Below are positions 1 to 16,003 of a stretch of DNA of 64,000 nt, in pieces. Numbering within the stretch: the first letter of the stretch is position 1; each line of letters opens with the position of its first letter. Location: assembly GCA_002269645.1 (NCBI GenBank), contig NIVC01000841.1, positions 186,001-250,000 on the forward strand, written 5' to 3'. Under the pieces are notes generated by a model. It made no database searches and was not told the origin of the DNA. It saw nothing but the letters and a program-made list of their open reading frames with translations. The translations under genes were made by a program, and so were the position numbers. This DNA is from Macrostomum lignano (lineage: Eukaryota).

Positions 1-60
1 CACTCTACCTCTCTAACACCCACTCTACCTCTCTAATACACACTCTACCTCTCTAACACC
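1..60. repeat. 20-bp tandem repeat x3 (CACTCTACCTCTCTAACACC), cut by the window edge
   Basis: Direct reading. Confidence 0.8.
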
Positions 61-924
61 AACTCCTTGAAAATTGAAAGCAACAAAATTGGTATAAACT
101 TGTTTATTCTAACAAAATTTTCCCCGATAAAGCATAGAGAAAACTGCATAGACTGTGGGATGCAGAGCTATCCATACAGGCGACTCTCACAGCAGTCACA
201 GCTAGCAGTTTCCATATTTGCTAATCGTGCGATCCAAACTGTTTGGATTAATTTTTCGCCAAAAAAGAAGGAGAAGACGAAAAATAGAAAAGGAAAATAT
301 TTTTGACAGAATGACAGACAGGGAGTGAGAGCTTGGCTTGCTTTGAGAAAAATTTGAATATCAATATAGGAAGCAGTCTTTTATATTTGCTAGCTCGGCA
401 ACTTTGTCCGTTAATTTATCTGGCTTACTGCAGTGTATCGCTGAGATGAAGCGCCTGACTCTGACTCCTCTCTTCTCCCCACTCATTCAGCTCACAATAA
501 TATGATTTTTTAAATAGACAGCCAAGCCCGAGCCTCATCTCTCATCTTGAAGCCGCGACCCAATTGGGAAGAGTTAATTAGATTGCCGCCATGGCAGGGC
601 AGACTCCTGTGGGGCTGGACAGCATACTTGAAGGACTCAGCGCTGGGGGAGGGGGTTGTGCGTGTTTTGCTGACACTTCCCTCGAATTCCGAAACATGTC
701 TGCCAGACAGCGCCTGCAGCCTTATCAAGGGGTCAACACAAGAGTTCTGCCCCGAAACCCTGTGCTGTAATGCTATCAGAGTCAGAGTCACAAGTTACTT
801 TAGACATTGAAAATAATTACTGAGCTGACACGCCTCAAAACGCTTTTTTGGGGAATTTCTTCGATCAGATTTGAGCAATTATCGATTCAGATCAAATGCA
901 ATTCACCCGAACTGCGGGAATTTT

Positions 925-1315
925 GGATAGAAAAGTAGACTGATCGGTATAGAGAGTAGATAGAAAAGTTGACTGATCGGTATAGAGAGTAGATAGAAAA
1001 GTTGACTGATCGGTATAGAGAGTAGATAGAAAAGTAGACTGATCGGTATAGAGAGTAGATAGAAAAGTAGACTGATCGGTATAGAGAGTAGACAGAAAAG
1101 TAGACTGATCGGTATAGAGAGTAGACAGAAAAGTAGAGAGTAGACAAAAAAGTAGAGAGGAGACAGAAAAGTAGAGAGTAGACAGGAAAGTAGAGAGTAG
1201 ACTGAAAAGTAGAGAGTAGACAGAAAAGCAGACTGAAAAGTAGAGAGTAGACAGGAAAGTAGAGAGTAGACTGAAAAGCAGAGTAGACAGAAAAGCAGAC
1301 TTAAAAGTAGACAGC
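925..1315. repeat. 33-bp minisatellite (GACTGATCGGTATAGAGAGTAGATAGAAAAGTA) grading into ~19-bp AGAGAGTAGACAGAAAAGT units
   Basis: Direct reading. Confidence 0.9.
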
Positions 1316-2164
1316 AATTAGACCGAATAACGGGTGCTTGAATCTGCAGTGGCTATGCTATATTTCAACGAATTATCAATTATATAGGGCACAGGAATCT
1401 TATGAGGCGTAAAAATCCCATAAAAATGCCTTTTTGGCCTTGGAACATATGTCCAAGTGGCTGTCTGCGACAAAGCGAACGTTATAATAGTCATGAATGT
1501 TCCTTTTCATCGTATCTATAGTTGAGTGAGCAGTTTCACTTCTCAACAATCTGGTGCCCTGTGTGTGTGAGAATTTCAAACCCTATGATTATACGGCTTT
1601 TGATAATATACTCGTAGTTATATAGGGATAAAATCTATAGAAGATATTTGCTGCTAAGATAGTGCGCTCAAAATGAAAACAATCAAGATTCTGTCAGAGT
1701 GGCATGTGACCGTATATAGCATTGGCTATAGTTCCCCTATATGGATCAGGTGCTCTGAAGTGCTCAGCAATGCAGCTCAGCTTCTGCTCCCTTCGTGGCC
1801 CCAATTAATTAGGGCAAAAGAAATTTTTGATCCGGTGGGATGTGGGGTCCTTATATTTAGAATCCGATTGTCTTGTTAGAAATGGCTATGATTTTGTAGG
1901 CGGGGGGAGAATTAGCAGGTGTTTTGTAACTTCCTGGAGGCCTCTTCAATACGGCGAAACGGAGGAAAATAAATTTAGTAAAGCATGGGAAGCGAATTGA
2001 GAAAAGGGAAATTTTAGAATGAGGCTGCAGATTGAGGAGAATGTGGGAGGTGTTATTTATGGCGTATGTGTATGAAGTGCTTGAACTCTGGGTGGTAAAC
2101 AAGCATGGGGGAGAGGTAGATAGATGCGGAGAGCCGAGAGGAGAGTAGATAGCGCACAGGTAGA

Positions 2165-2790
2165 TAAACGAGTAGATATAGATGCGCAGAGATAGATAGA
2201 TGAGTAGATAGATGGGCAGCAGGTAGATAGATGAGTAGATAGATGGGCAGCAGGTAGATAGATGAGTAGATAGATGGGCAGCAGGTAGATAGATGAGTAG
2301 ATAGATGGGCAGCAGGTAGATAGATGAGTAGATAGATGGGCAGCAGGTAGATAGATGAGTAGATAGATGGGCAGCAGGTAGATAGATGAGTAGATAGATG
2401 GGCAGCAGGTAGATAGATGAGTAGATAGATGGGCAGCAGGTAGATAGATGAGTAGATAGATGGGCAGCAGGTAGATAGATGAGTAGATAGATGGGCAGCA
2501 GGTAGATAGATGAGTAGATAGATGGGCAGCAGGTAGATAGATGAGTAGATAGATGGGCAGCAGGTAGATAGATGAGTAGATAGATGGGCAGCAGGTAGAT
2601 AGATGGGCAGCAGGTAGATAGATGAGTAGATAGATGGGCAGCAGGTGGATAGATGGGCAGCAGGTAGATAGATGAGTAGATAGATGGGCAGCAGGTAGAT
2701 AGATGAGTAGATAGATGGGCAGCAGGTAGATAGATGAGTAGATAGATGGGCAGCAGGTAGATAGATGAGTAGATAGATGGGCAGCAGGTG
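2165..2790. repeat. 31-bp minisatellite ATAGATGAGTAGATAGATGGGCAGCAGGTAG, about 19 copies
   Basis: Direct reading; lies in intron 1 of the orphan gene. Confidence 0.95.
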
Positions 2791-2827
2791 GATATAAATC
2801 GCAAAACCCCAACACCAGCAGACTCAC

Positions 2828-2984
2828 CGGCTCCGCAGTCTCCATGGTGGCGATCTTCGCCGCCGCCACCGTTGCCTCGCTCCTGCTGCACCCGGCCACC
2901 GCTGCCACCGCCGCTGGACAGTCGCCTCTTCTTGATAGCCAAGCTGAGCGGTTTGTCCTCAATCAGATTCCCAGCTGCAGACAT
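2828..2984 (-). CDS. First coding exon of an unidentified gene continuing toward or beyond the left edge (MSAAGNLIEDKPLSLAIKKRRLSSGGGSGG...; basic KKRR NLS-like motif)
   Basis: ATG at 2984-2982, preceded by acceptor ttttacttttggacAG (AG at 3006-3005). GC-rich Gly-coding run ends at a GTGAGT donor (2827-2822), phase 1. No convincing downstream exon found in 1-2800. Confidence 0.55.
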
Positions 2985-3157
2985 GATGGTTTCTTCCGGT
3001 GTTGCTGTCCAAAAAGTAAAATCGAAATTTTTCACCAAGGAATTCTATGTATATATAGAGGCTTGAGGTCTGACTGCGCTGCTCTCCAAAAGCAACTTAA
3101 TACTGCTCAGAATGCCTTGAGCAGCGGTTGACAGAGGGGTTGGGGCCAACTCTGAGA

Positions 3158-3257
3158 CCAATCCGAGTCTAGCCGCCAGCCACCGTCATTGGCTGGGAAG
3201 ATTCTCTCCCCTAGCAATGCCTCCCCTCCCTTGACGGGGCAAATACCGCGTACGCGG
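3158..3257 (-). promoter_or_regulatory. Candidate promoter of the orphan minus-strand gene
   Basis: CCAAT at 3158-3162, ATTGG at 3188-3192, palindrome CCGCGTACGCGG at 3246-3257; 170-270 bp upstream of the ATG. Confidence 0.3.
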
Positions 3258-3454
3258 CAGATGTCGCAAAAAATTGAAACAAGACAGACAAAATCTGCTT
3301 GTGTTTTTCTTGAAACACTTTCTTCTACTGCTTTTTTATCATATATCCGCTTCGCATATATTGACTTACTGAGCAGTAAGTTCGTTGAGTGAAAGACAAA
3401 CAGACTAACTGTACGTTATTTAGGGTGTGTCCTAATGCTGTGTGTGCTGGCCAC

Positions 3455-4320
3455 GTTGTGTCTTTCCTAGAATCGATCATTGTGTCTTTCTTAGAATCAG
3501 TCATTGTGTCTTTCTTAGAATCGACAATTGTTTCTTTCTTAGAATCGATCTTATTATTTGTGTCCTTCTTGGAATCAGTCATTGTGCCTTTCTTAGAATC
3601 ATTCGTTGTGTCTTTCTTAGAATCAGTCATTGTGTCTTTCTTAGAATCGACAATTGTTTCTTTCTTAGAATCGGTCTTATTCTTTGTCTTTTTTAGAACC
3701 AGTCATTGTGTCTTTCTTAGAATTGATCTTTGTGTCTTTCTTATAATTGATCTTTGTGTCTTTCTTATAATTGATCTTTGTGTCTTTCTTAGAATTGATC
3801 TTTGTGTCTTTCTTAGAATTGATCTTTGTGTCTTTCTTATAATTGATCTTTGTGTCTTTCTTATAATTGATCTTTGTGTCTTTCTTAGAATTGATCTTTG
3901 TGTCTTTCTTAGAATTGATCTTTGTGTCTTTCTTAGAATTGATCTTTGTGTCTTTCTTAGAATCATTCATTGTGTCTTTCTTAGAATCATTCATTGTGTC
4001 TTTCTTAGAATCATTCATTGTGTCTTTCTTAGAATCAGTCATTGTGTATTTCCTAGAACCGATTGTTGTGTTGTTCCAAGACTCGATTTTCATTTCGTTC
4101 GTAGAATCGATTTTTATGTCTTTCCTACGCTCGTGGAATCGATTTTGTGTATTTACTTGAACTGATTTTTGTGTCTTTCCTAGAATTAATAATTGTTTCT
4201 TTCCAGAATTTTTTTACTGCAATCGAATTTTGCGTATTTTCTCAGAATATCGTTTTGTGTCATCCTAGAATCGATATTTGTGCCTTTTCTAGAATCGGTC
4301 TCTATGTTTTTCCTAGTGCT
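3455..4320. repeat. 24-bp minisatellite TGTGTCTTTCTTAGAATTGATCTT with degenerate edges
   Basis: Direct reading. Confidence 0.92.
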
Positions 4321-4375
4321 TGTACTATAATATCGTGTGTTATATTATGTCTCTCAGATTTACTTGTGTCTGAGT

Positions 4376-4569
4376 CAGGGGCGGACCCAGGATTTTATCG
4401 AGGGGGGGGGCAAGCCTCACGTCTGGTCAGGCCAGAGCTGCAATTAGGGTACCATGATACCAATACACCATGATACCAATACAGCATGATACCAATACAT
4501 CTGAGGATTTTTTTGGCAGAGCTGAGGGGGGGCCATGGCCCCCAATTGGCCCCCCTCGGTCCGCCCCTG
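4376..4569. mobile_element. hAT-type MITE, 194 bp
   Basis: Perfect 12-bp TIRs CAGGGGCGGACC (4376-4387) / GGTCCGCCCCTG (4558-4569); exact 8-bp TSD GTCTGAGT (4368-4375 and 4570-4577); internal 3x16-bp repeat at 4453-4500. Confidence 0.9.
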
Positions 4570-5223
4570 GTCTGAGTCTGTCCTAGACCTAGAGTGCCTG
4601 TCGTATGTGTTCCATTGTGGGCCTGACACTTTCAGTCACTTTCATAAACTTGTCGTTAGTAAATATTCGACAAAAAATAGTAGGCATGGTTGAAAGTAAA
4701 ATTTAATGTCGCACTCTGTTTTTAAGAATGTTTTCAAAATAATCCACGAATTCGTTATTAAAGCTGAAGAATTCACTTAAGGACAATTGTACAATATATT
4801 TATTTCACAATTACTGTATTCGCACTGTCATACAGCTCAATGCATCTCTATAGAACATTTCAATTTACCCCAATCCAGTAAAACAACGTAAAAAGAGCTT
4901 TCAATCGTATGAAGTAGAATATAGAGTACATCTCTTATCACATATTTTATTAAATTATTACAGCTCCTGCAATTGTGTAACTCGCTACTAAAAATTTCCC
5001 ATTAGCTTAGAATTGATACATTTAAACAAAAATTAGAAAGATGAAACAAAACAGACAAGCGGCAGAAAGCAATGAGAAAAGAAAATGTTATTAAATAATT
5101 TTTTGTTTGTTATGCCAACAATATACTACTGAAAATAGTTCGGCTTTTTTGTATAGCAGTTTGTACGCAAATTATTGTCGAAAAATGTTTCGTTTTTACG
5201 GGTTTGTTTTAGAAAAACTAAAA

Positions 5224-9200
<3,977 letters not shown>

Positions 9201-9223
9201 GGCGGAGTTGGTTGACTGTTTAA

Positions 9224-9240
9224 CTGAAAAGATTAGAAAT
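9224..9240 (-). promoter_or_regulatory. Splice acceptor 23 nt upstream of the PPP1R32 ATG (candidate trans-splice site)
   Basis: atttCTAATcttttcAG (branch-like CTAAT plus pyrimidines); no upstream exon evident. Confidence 0.55.
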
Positions 9241-10978
9241 AATTTTTCCCGCTGAAATTGTTTTTTTAATATAAAAAATTACATGAGAGCAAGAATTACA
9301 AGTTAAAAAGAGATGTCAATATTATAGGCAAAATTACATTTTGAACACTCGTAAAAAAACTGAAATACTGAAATAAATTTGCTTTAAAGTCTAAAGAATA
9401 ATAATTACTTAATTTTATCTATATATAATGGCATCGATTTTTTACAAAGTCTAGCATTCTTTCTAAAGCTGACAATAAAACTGGTAATGTGTAGGACATA
9501 AGTACATAAAAGCATGCATGTCTAAAATTGATGTGCTTTTCGTTATACATTTTAAAAGTATGACGTACTTTTAATGTTGTATTAAAGACATTCTGCCAAG
9601 CCACCCAAGAAGTAGAAAATACTAAAAACTAAATTAAAAAATATGTCAAAAATAGCTATTTTAGCATACAAGGACCCTTATAACAATAAAATCAAGGAGG
9701 GACTGAAATTATGAGGCAATACCGCAATCATGTAACTGTAGCAGTAAGTAGCTATCAATGAAATCAATGAAATCCAAATTGATAATATTATCTTTACAAT
9801 ACAAGTGTGTAAATAAATTATGCGACCAGACTAGCATGAAGAATTTTCGAAAAAAAACTGCTAGTATGTTAACGCGCAACGAATTTGGGCGTAATTAAGC
9901 CCTGCAATTGCAATGCAAACTGAAATATCGATCAGTCATCAGGGGATGTATACCGGTTCGAACCCTTGGCCCTAGTATAAGAAGTCAAAATCTAAATTAA
10001 ATGATCATATGGTCGCTAAAGAAAATGAAAGATATGGTTAGTATTTTTAACTTTCCGTTACTAGTTGGAAAAGATTGTTTTAATAAACATACTTTACTTT
10101 TAAAGATAACAATTTACAACATAGTAAAAATTAAATGATTTTACTTTTGTTAAACATTATAACGCTTCTCTATATTATTTAACTGACAACAATATCGTGA
10201 ATTTCAATTATCGTGGTTTAAGCTATACTTAGGGCAACGACAACGTCGACAAGTGATGTAGTGTTTGTGGTATTTACTTGTATTTCAATTTTTCGGTAAA
10301 CTTTATAAACTGTGGACCAATGGACTGTAGGAACGAAATGTAATGTAGACTTGTAGTGTATTTTTTAAATATTGATTTATGATTATGAGTCTATTTTAAT
10401 CAACTATGTTTATGACCAGACTGAGCACTTATGACTTGCATAATTTAAGAGATAAATTGAGTCTTCTTAGTAATTGTTAGTTTCTGTAAGTTTCTGTAAT
10501 TGGATTTTAAATACTAGACTATTTGTTTATGTCTTACCTATTTAGTCACATCAATTTCTTTTAAGTTGAATATATAGATCTTATGATATTATTAACTATT
10601 TATTGATTATTAAGGTCTGTGTTATTCAAGGTCTAGATCACATTTCTTAGAGTTAATATTTGAGTCAATCAACTTTGCCAAAATGATGTATAAGGAATGC
10701 CAGAATTTATTAATTGCTATTATACTATTCAGCTTTTGCAATATATTTTGTAAAACTTTTGATTAAAATGAGAGTCTTTTAATGAGAAACCTATTGAGCA
10801 AAATGAAATTTTAGCTTTTTTTATCTAGAGCAAGTGACTAACTAATATTTTAATAAGAAAAAATAATATTTTTTGTAATTTGACAACTAGTTGTTCAAAT
10901 AATAATTAAAGAGTTTCAAAGCAATCCGTAAATTTGCTGTATCAACAGGGCCCCCCAGTGTCCGCTATTGGCGGCGGA

Positions 10979-13900
10979 ATGACCAGCGGTATGAGCGGCG
11001 GTAAACTCGTTTTAAAAGTACAACTCGACGACGATATTCGTCGAATTCCGCTGCTAACGGACGAGAGTCTGCTCACTTACGACGAACTGTTGCAAATGCT
11101 GCAGCGAGTGTTTCGTCACAAGTGGGTTTATCCTGGCAGTGGCAGTGGCGGAGGCGTCAGCCAAGACGATTCAACATTGATTAAGTACACGGATGAAGAT
11201 GGCGATCTGGTTACCATTGCAGACGACTCCGATTTGTCATTCGCTATTAACAGCGCCTACCTTCGAGCCAGCGGCGGAACTGGAAGCAACAGCGTCCTGC
11301 GTTTGCGCGTCTGCCTGCCGGGTAGAGAGGCCGCCGCGGCTGGATTGTTTGCTGGGCATCCCGCTGGACTGCGGGCTGTGCAGGTTGGGACGCTGGGATT
11401 TAGGGATTTGGGAAATTAGGGATGGGCGATTTGGGAAGTTAGGCGTGGGGATTTGGGATGTTAGAGATGGGCTTTGGGAAATTAGACACGGGTATGTAGA
11501 AAATTATGGATGAGGATTAGGGAAATTAGAGATTGGGGATTTTGGAAATTAGAGATGGAAGATTTGGGAAATTAGAGATTGGGGATTTCGGAAATTAGAG
11601 ATGGGAGATTTTGGAAATTAGATATTGGGATTTGGGAAATTAGAGATGGGGGATTTGGGAAATTAGAGATTGGGGATTTCGGAAATTAGAGATGGGAGAT
11701 TTTGGAAATTAGATATTGGGATTTGGGAAATTAGAGATGGGGGATTTGGGAAATTAGAGATTGGGGATTTGGGAAATTAGATATTGGGATTAGGGAAGTT
11801 AGTGTTGGGGATTTGGGAAGTTAGACGTGGGGATTTGGGATGTTAGAGATGGGCTTTGGGAAATTAGACACGGGTATGTAGAAAATTATGAATGGGGATT
11901 AGGGAAGTTAGGCGTGGGGATTTGGGATGTTAGAGATGGGCTTTGGGAAATTAGACACGGGTATGTAGAAAATTATGAATGGGGATTAGGGAAGTTAGGA
12001 GTAGGGATTTGGGAAGTTAGAGATTGGGATTTACGAAATTAGGGTTGGGGATTTGGAAAATTACGAGAGATGAGGATCGGGGAGATAAGGGTCGGGGATT
12101 TTGGTGATTCAGAAAATTAGAGATGAGTATTTTTGCGAATAAAGGATGAAGATTTGAAACTTTGGATGGAGTATTTTAAAAATCAAGGGCTGGGAGGATA
12201 TTGGAATTCCAAATCTCCATTTTCAATTTCTGATTACCATAAACTATTTCTCAAAATCACATCATCCCCGCCGCATCGCAGGACCTACAGTCGATTCGGG
12301 ATCGGGCAGCCGGCGCCTTGGATCAGCTGCAGGCGGCGGCCTCGAGGCTGGCCGTGTCCACCGGAGCTGGAGGAGGCGGTGGACCGCCACCACCGATGCA
12401 ACAGCAGCAGCAGCACATGATGCCGCCGCACATGCAGCACCAGCAGCAGATGCCGCCACACATGCAACAGCAAAACTATCGGTGAGACTCAGAAATACAT
12501 TTTTGAGTAGTTCACTGAAGCATCTGAGGGGAGGCAGAGGGAGGAGATCACGGAAGCATCTGAGGGGAGGCAGAGGGAGGAGGTCACGGAAACATCTGAG
12601 GGGAGGCAGAGGAAGGAGGTCACTGAAGCATCTGAGGGGAGGCAGAGGAGGTCACTGAAGCATCTGAGGGGAGGCAGAGGGAGGAGGTCACGGAAGCATC
12701 TGAGGGGAGGCAGAGGAAGGAGGTCACTGAAGCATCTGAGGGGAGGCAGAGGAGGTCACTGAAGCATCTGAGGGGAGGCAGAGGGAGGAGGTCACTGAAG
12801 CATCTGAGGGGAGGCAGAGGAGGTCACTGAAGCATCTGAGGGGAGGCAGAGGGAGGAGGTCACTAAAGCATCTGAGGGAGGCAGAGGAGGTCACTGAAGC
12901 ATCTGAGGGGGCAGAGGAGGTCACTGAAGCATCTGAGGGGGCAGAGGAGGTCACTGAAGCATCTGAGGGGGCAGAGGAGGTCACTGAAGCATCTGAGGGG
13001 AGGCAGAGGGAGGAGGTCACTGAAGCATCTGAGGGGGGCAGAGGAGGTCACTGAAGCATCTGAGGGGGGCAGAGGAGGTCACTGAAGCATCTGAGGGGAG
13101 GCAGAGGAGGTCACTGAAGCATCTGAGGGGGGCAGAGGAGGTCACTGAAGCATCTGAGGGGGGCAGAGGAGGTCACTGAAGCATCTGAGGGGGGCAGAGG
13201 AGGTCACTGAAGCATCTGAGGGGGGCAGAGGAGGTCACTGAAGCATCTGAGGGAGGCAGAGGAGGTCACTGAAGCATCTGAGGGGAGGCAGAGGAGGTCA
13301 CTGAAGCATCTGAGGGGGGCAGAGGAGGTCACTGAAGCATCTGAGGGGTACAAACATCAATTGAAGGATCGTGGAGTCTGTTCAAGCATTCTTTCATTAT
13401 TATTTCAGCGGTGGACCTCCGATGGGTCGCGGCGATGGCGGCGGTGGGTTCGACTCTCAAAACCACATGCAGCAGCAGCCGCCGGCTCCGCAGTCGATGA
13501 TGGGCGGCGGCGGCGGTCCCGGCTCGATGCCGCCGCCAAGGCGGATGTCGCAGAGCTACGGCGCCGATGGCGGCGGACCGCCGTCGTCGTTTCATCAGTC
13601 GAGACAGTCGCGTCAGGCCTCTCCGACCAGGGGCGGCCCGCCTATGATGGGCATGATGGGCGGTGGCGGCGGGCCAAGGGGTCCCATGGGCGGCGGGCCG
13701 CAGCAGCAACAGCAGGTTTGTCATTCTCGATTGTACACGCTTGTTTGTACACGGTTCTAAAATGATTGTACACGGTTCTAGATTGTGCATACATGATTTA
13801 TGAATCTGGGTAAACGATTATAGATTGTTTATACACGATTCTGGATTATGTACACGATTCTGGATTATGTGTACACGATTCTGGATTATGTGTACACGAT

Positions 13901-15057
13901 TCTTGATTATGTGTACACGATTCTGGATTATGTGTACACGATTCTGGATTATGTGTACACGATTCTGGATTATGTACACGATTCTGGATTATGTGTACAC
14001 GATTCTGGATTATGTGTACACGATTCTTGATTATGTGTACACGATTCTGGATTATGTGTACACGATTCTGGATTATGTGTACACGATTCTGGATTATGTG
14101 TATACGATTCTGGATTATGTGTACACGATTCTGGATTATGCGTACACGATTCTGGATTATGTGTACACGATTCTGGATTATGTACAAGATTCTGGATTAT
14201 GTGTACTCGATTCTGGATTATGTGTACACGATTCTGGATTATGCACACGATTCTGGATTATGTGTACACGATTCTGGATTATGTGTACACGATTCTGGAT
14301 TATGTGTACACGATTCTGGATTATGTGTACACGATTCTGGATTATGTGTACACGATTCTGGATTATGTGTACACGATTCTGGATTATGTGTACACGATTC
14401 TGGATTATGTGTACACGATTCTGGATTATGTGTACACGTGTCTAGGTTTTTAAAAAATAATTCTAGACTTTTGGTTCACGATTGTATCAATATTCTGGAT
14501 TGCTGGTACACGATTATAGATTGTTTGTATATTATCCTAAAGTTTTTGAACACGATACTAGATTGTTTGTAGATGACTATAGATTGTTCGTACATGATTA
14601 TATATTGTTTGTACATGATTATATATTGTTTGTACACGATTCTAGTTTCTCTTTATATGTTTCTAGACTTTTGGTACACGATTGATTATTTATATGTAAA
14701 TAGTTTGTACAGGATTGTAGATGTTACACAACTTCTGTGTACAAACTAATAAATTTAGTGTACATGCCCCCAAAAAACCTCGCCAACACAAACAATTCTC
14801 TCCAGATGTTGGGAGGCGGCGGCGGCGGTGGAGGCTACGGTGGCGGCCCGCAGCAGCCGCCGATGGGTGGCGGTGGTCCTGGAGGCGGATTTGCGGGCGG
14901 CGGCGGAGGCGGGGGCGGCGGCGGAGGACCGCCTCCTCCATCGTCATCATCGATGGGGCCACACAGTCCGTACAGCGGCGGCGGCGGTGGCGGCGGCGGC
15001 GGCGGCGGTGGTGGTGGCGGTGGCCCAACCGGAGGTCCGCAGCAGAGGCCAATGTGA
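10979..15057 (+). CDS. TFG: TFG (TRK-fused gene) homologue: PB1 domain, coiled coil, Gln/Gly/Pro-rich tail; 387 aa, 4 exons
   Basis: Exons 10979-11383, 12282-12481, 13409-13715, 14806-15057 (1164 nt, phases 0/2/0). GKLVLKVQLDDDIRRIP...TYDELLQMLQRVF...IKYTDEDGDLVTIADDSDLSFAI matches the TFG PB1 domain; DLQSIRDRAAGALDQL corresponds to the coiled coil; C-terminal GPHSPYS resembles TFG GPNPY. Confidence 0.92.
11390..12125. repeat. ~22-bp G-rich minisatellite GGGATTTGGGAAATTAGAGAT(T/G)G (TFG intron 1)
   Basis: Direct reading. Confidence 0.92.
12512..13347. repeat. 30-35-bp minisatellite GGAGGTCACTGAAGCATCTGAGGGGAGGCAGA (TFG intron 2)
   Basis: Direct reading. Confidence 0.95.
13830..14440. repeat. 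21-bp minisatellite GTGTACACGATTCTGGATTAT (TFG intron 3; degenerate fringes ~13720-14700)
   Basis: Direct reading. Confidence 0.95.
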
Positions 15058-16003
15058 ATTTTGGCTTCACTGAATGATAGCAGTGACAAAGAATCTCAAT
15101 AACTTAAACTAATTAGCTGACGTGGCAATCGCCTATTAAACTGAAGTAACAGTTACTCCCGCCGTTTACCCGACGTATTTCTAGACTTTTTTCAGTTATG
15201 CTGTTTTTCTAAAAACCCACTCAAGCATAATAATGATAGTATACATTTGCTATTGACTTATATTCCCAATTAGATAAAATAATGCTTTAACCTGCCACTG
15301 CTATTTAGCCACATATTACTACTATCATTATAAGTAGCAACTAAAAATTATTTTAAACTTTGTTTTCATTTCTAGTAATTTTTGCGCTTTGTTTTAGAAG
15401 TTCCGTTATTTAGTTAGTTGACTGCGTGTCCGTTTGCTAAACTGCAATACATCATTTATCGCGTGCTTCTTGTACTTCAAAAATATAATTGAAATCATTT
15501 TCTTTCATATCCCACGAGTAGCATATAGCATTCCTCAATTAAAATGTGTACTTTTATAATTCCATGGGATCCCACCTTTTCCTAGTCATCGATTTGAAAT
15601 TTCAGCACACACGCAATTTTATGACATTTTTTGTCCTGTTTTCTTCAATTATTGTGATTTCATTCGAACTTTTGAGTTCAGAGTGTTTTTCACCATTTTT
15701 TTCTATTTTATATATCTATAACTATTGCATTACTTTACTGTTGTGTATAACTAGTCATAGTTTATTTGTCTAACTTTATATCCATTTATAAGCCATAGCC
15801 CAGCTGTTATAGATTAGTTTATAAACTGATTAACTCTATTAATAAACTAAAAATTCTAGTTAAACTTAAACATTCTTAAACAGTTATATTAGCATTGTTT
15901 TAAGACAGAATCTTTTCTGAACTTTTCATTTGCAATTTCTAAAAATATAAACTATAAAGTACTGTGAGAACCCACCCTAGTTTCTCCTATAGCATAGTTG
16001 CTC

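Noticed and set aside
429-454. 26-nt minus-strand micro-exon (GASSQRYTA) that would fit the orphan gene's phase
   Set aside because: The donor is good, but the acceptor context is purine-rich and overlaps an inverted-repeat end; unsupported.
9915-9945. CTGATGA on the minus strand (hammerhead ribozyme core)
   Set aside because: The possible stem II is not followed by GAAA and no stems I/III are evident.
9955-9965. Perfect Pol III B-box GGTTCGAACCC (tRNA or SINE?)
   Set aside because: No A-box at the right spacing on either strand and no cloverleaf; at most a decayed SINE.
11390-12125. Interstitial telomeric repeat
   Set aside because: The unit is GGGATTTGGGAAATTAGAG-type, not (TTAGGG)n.
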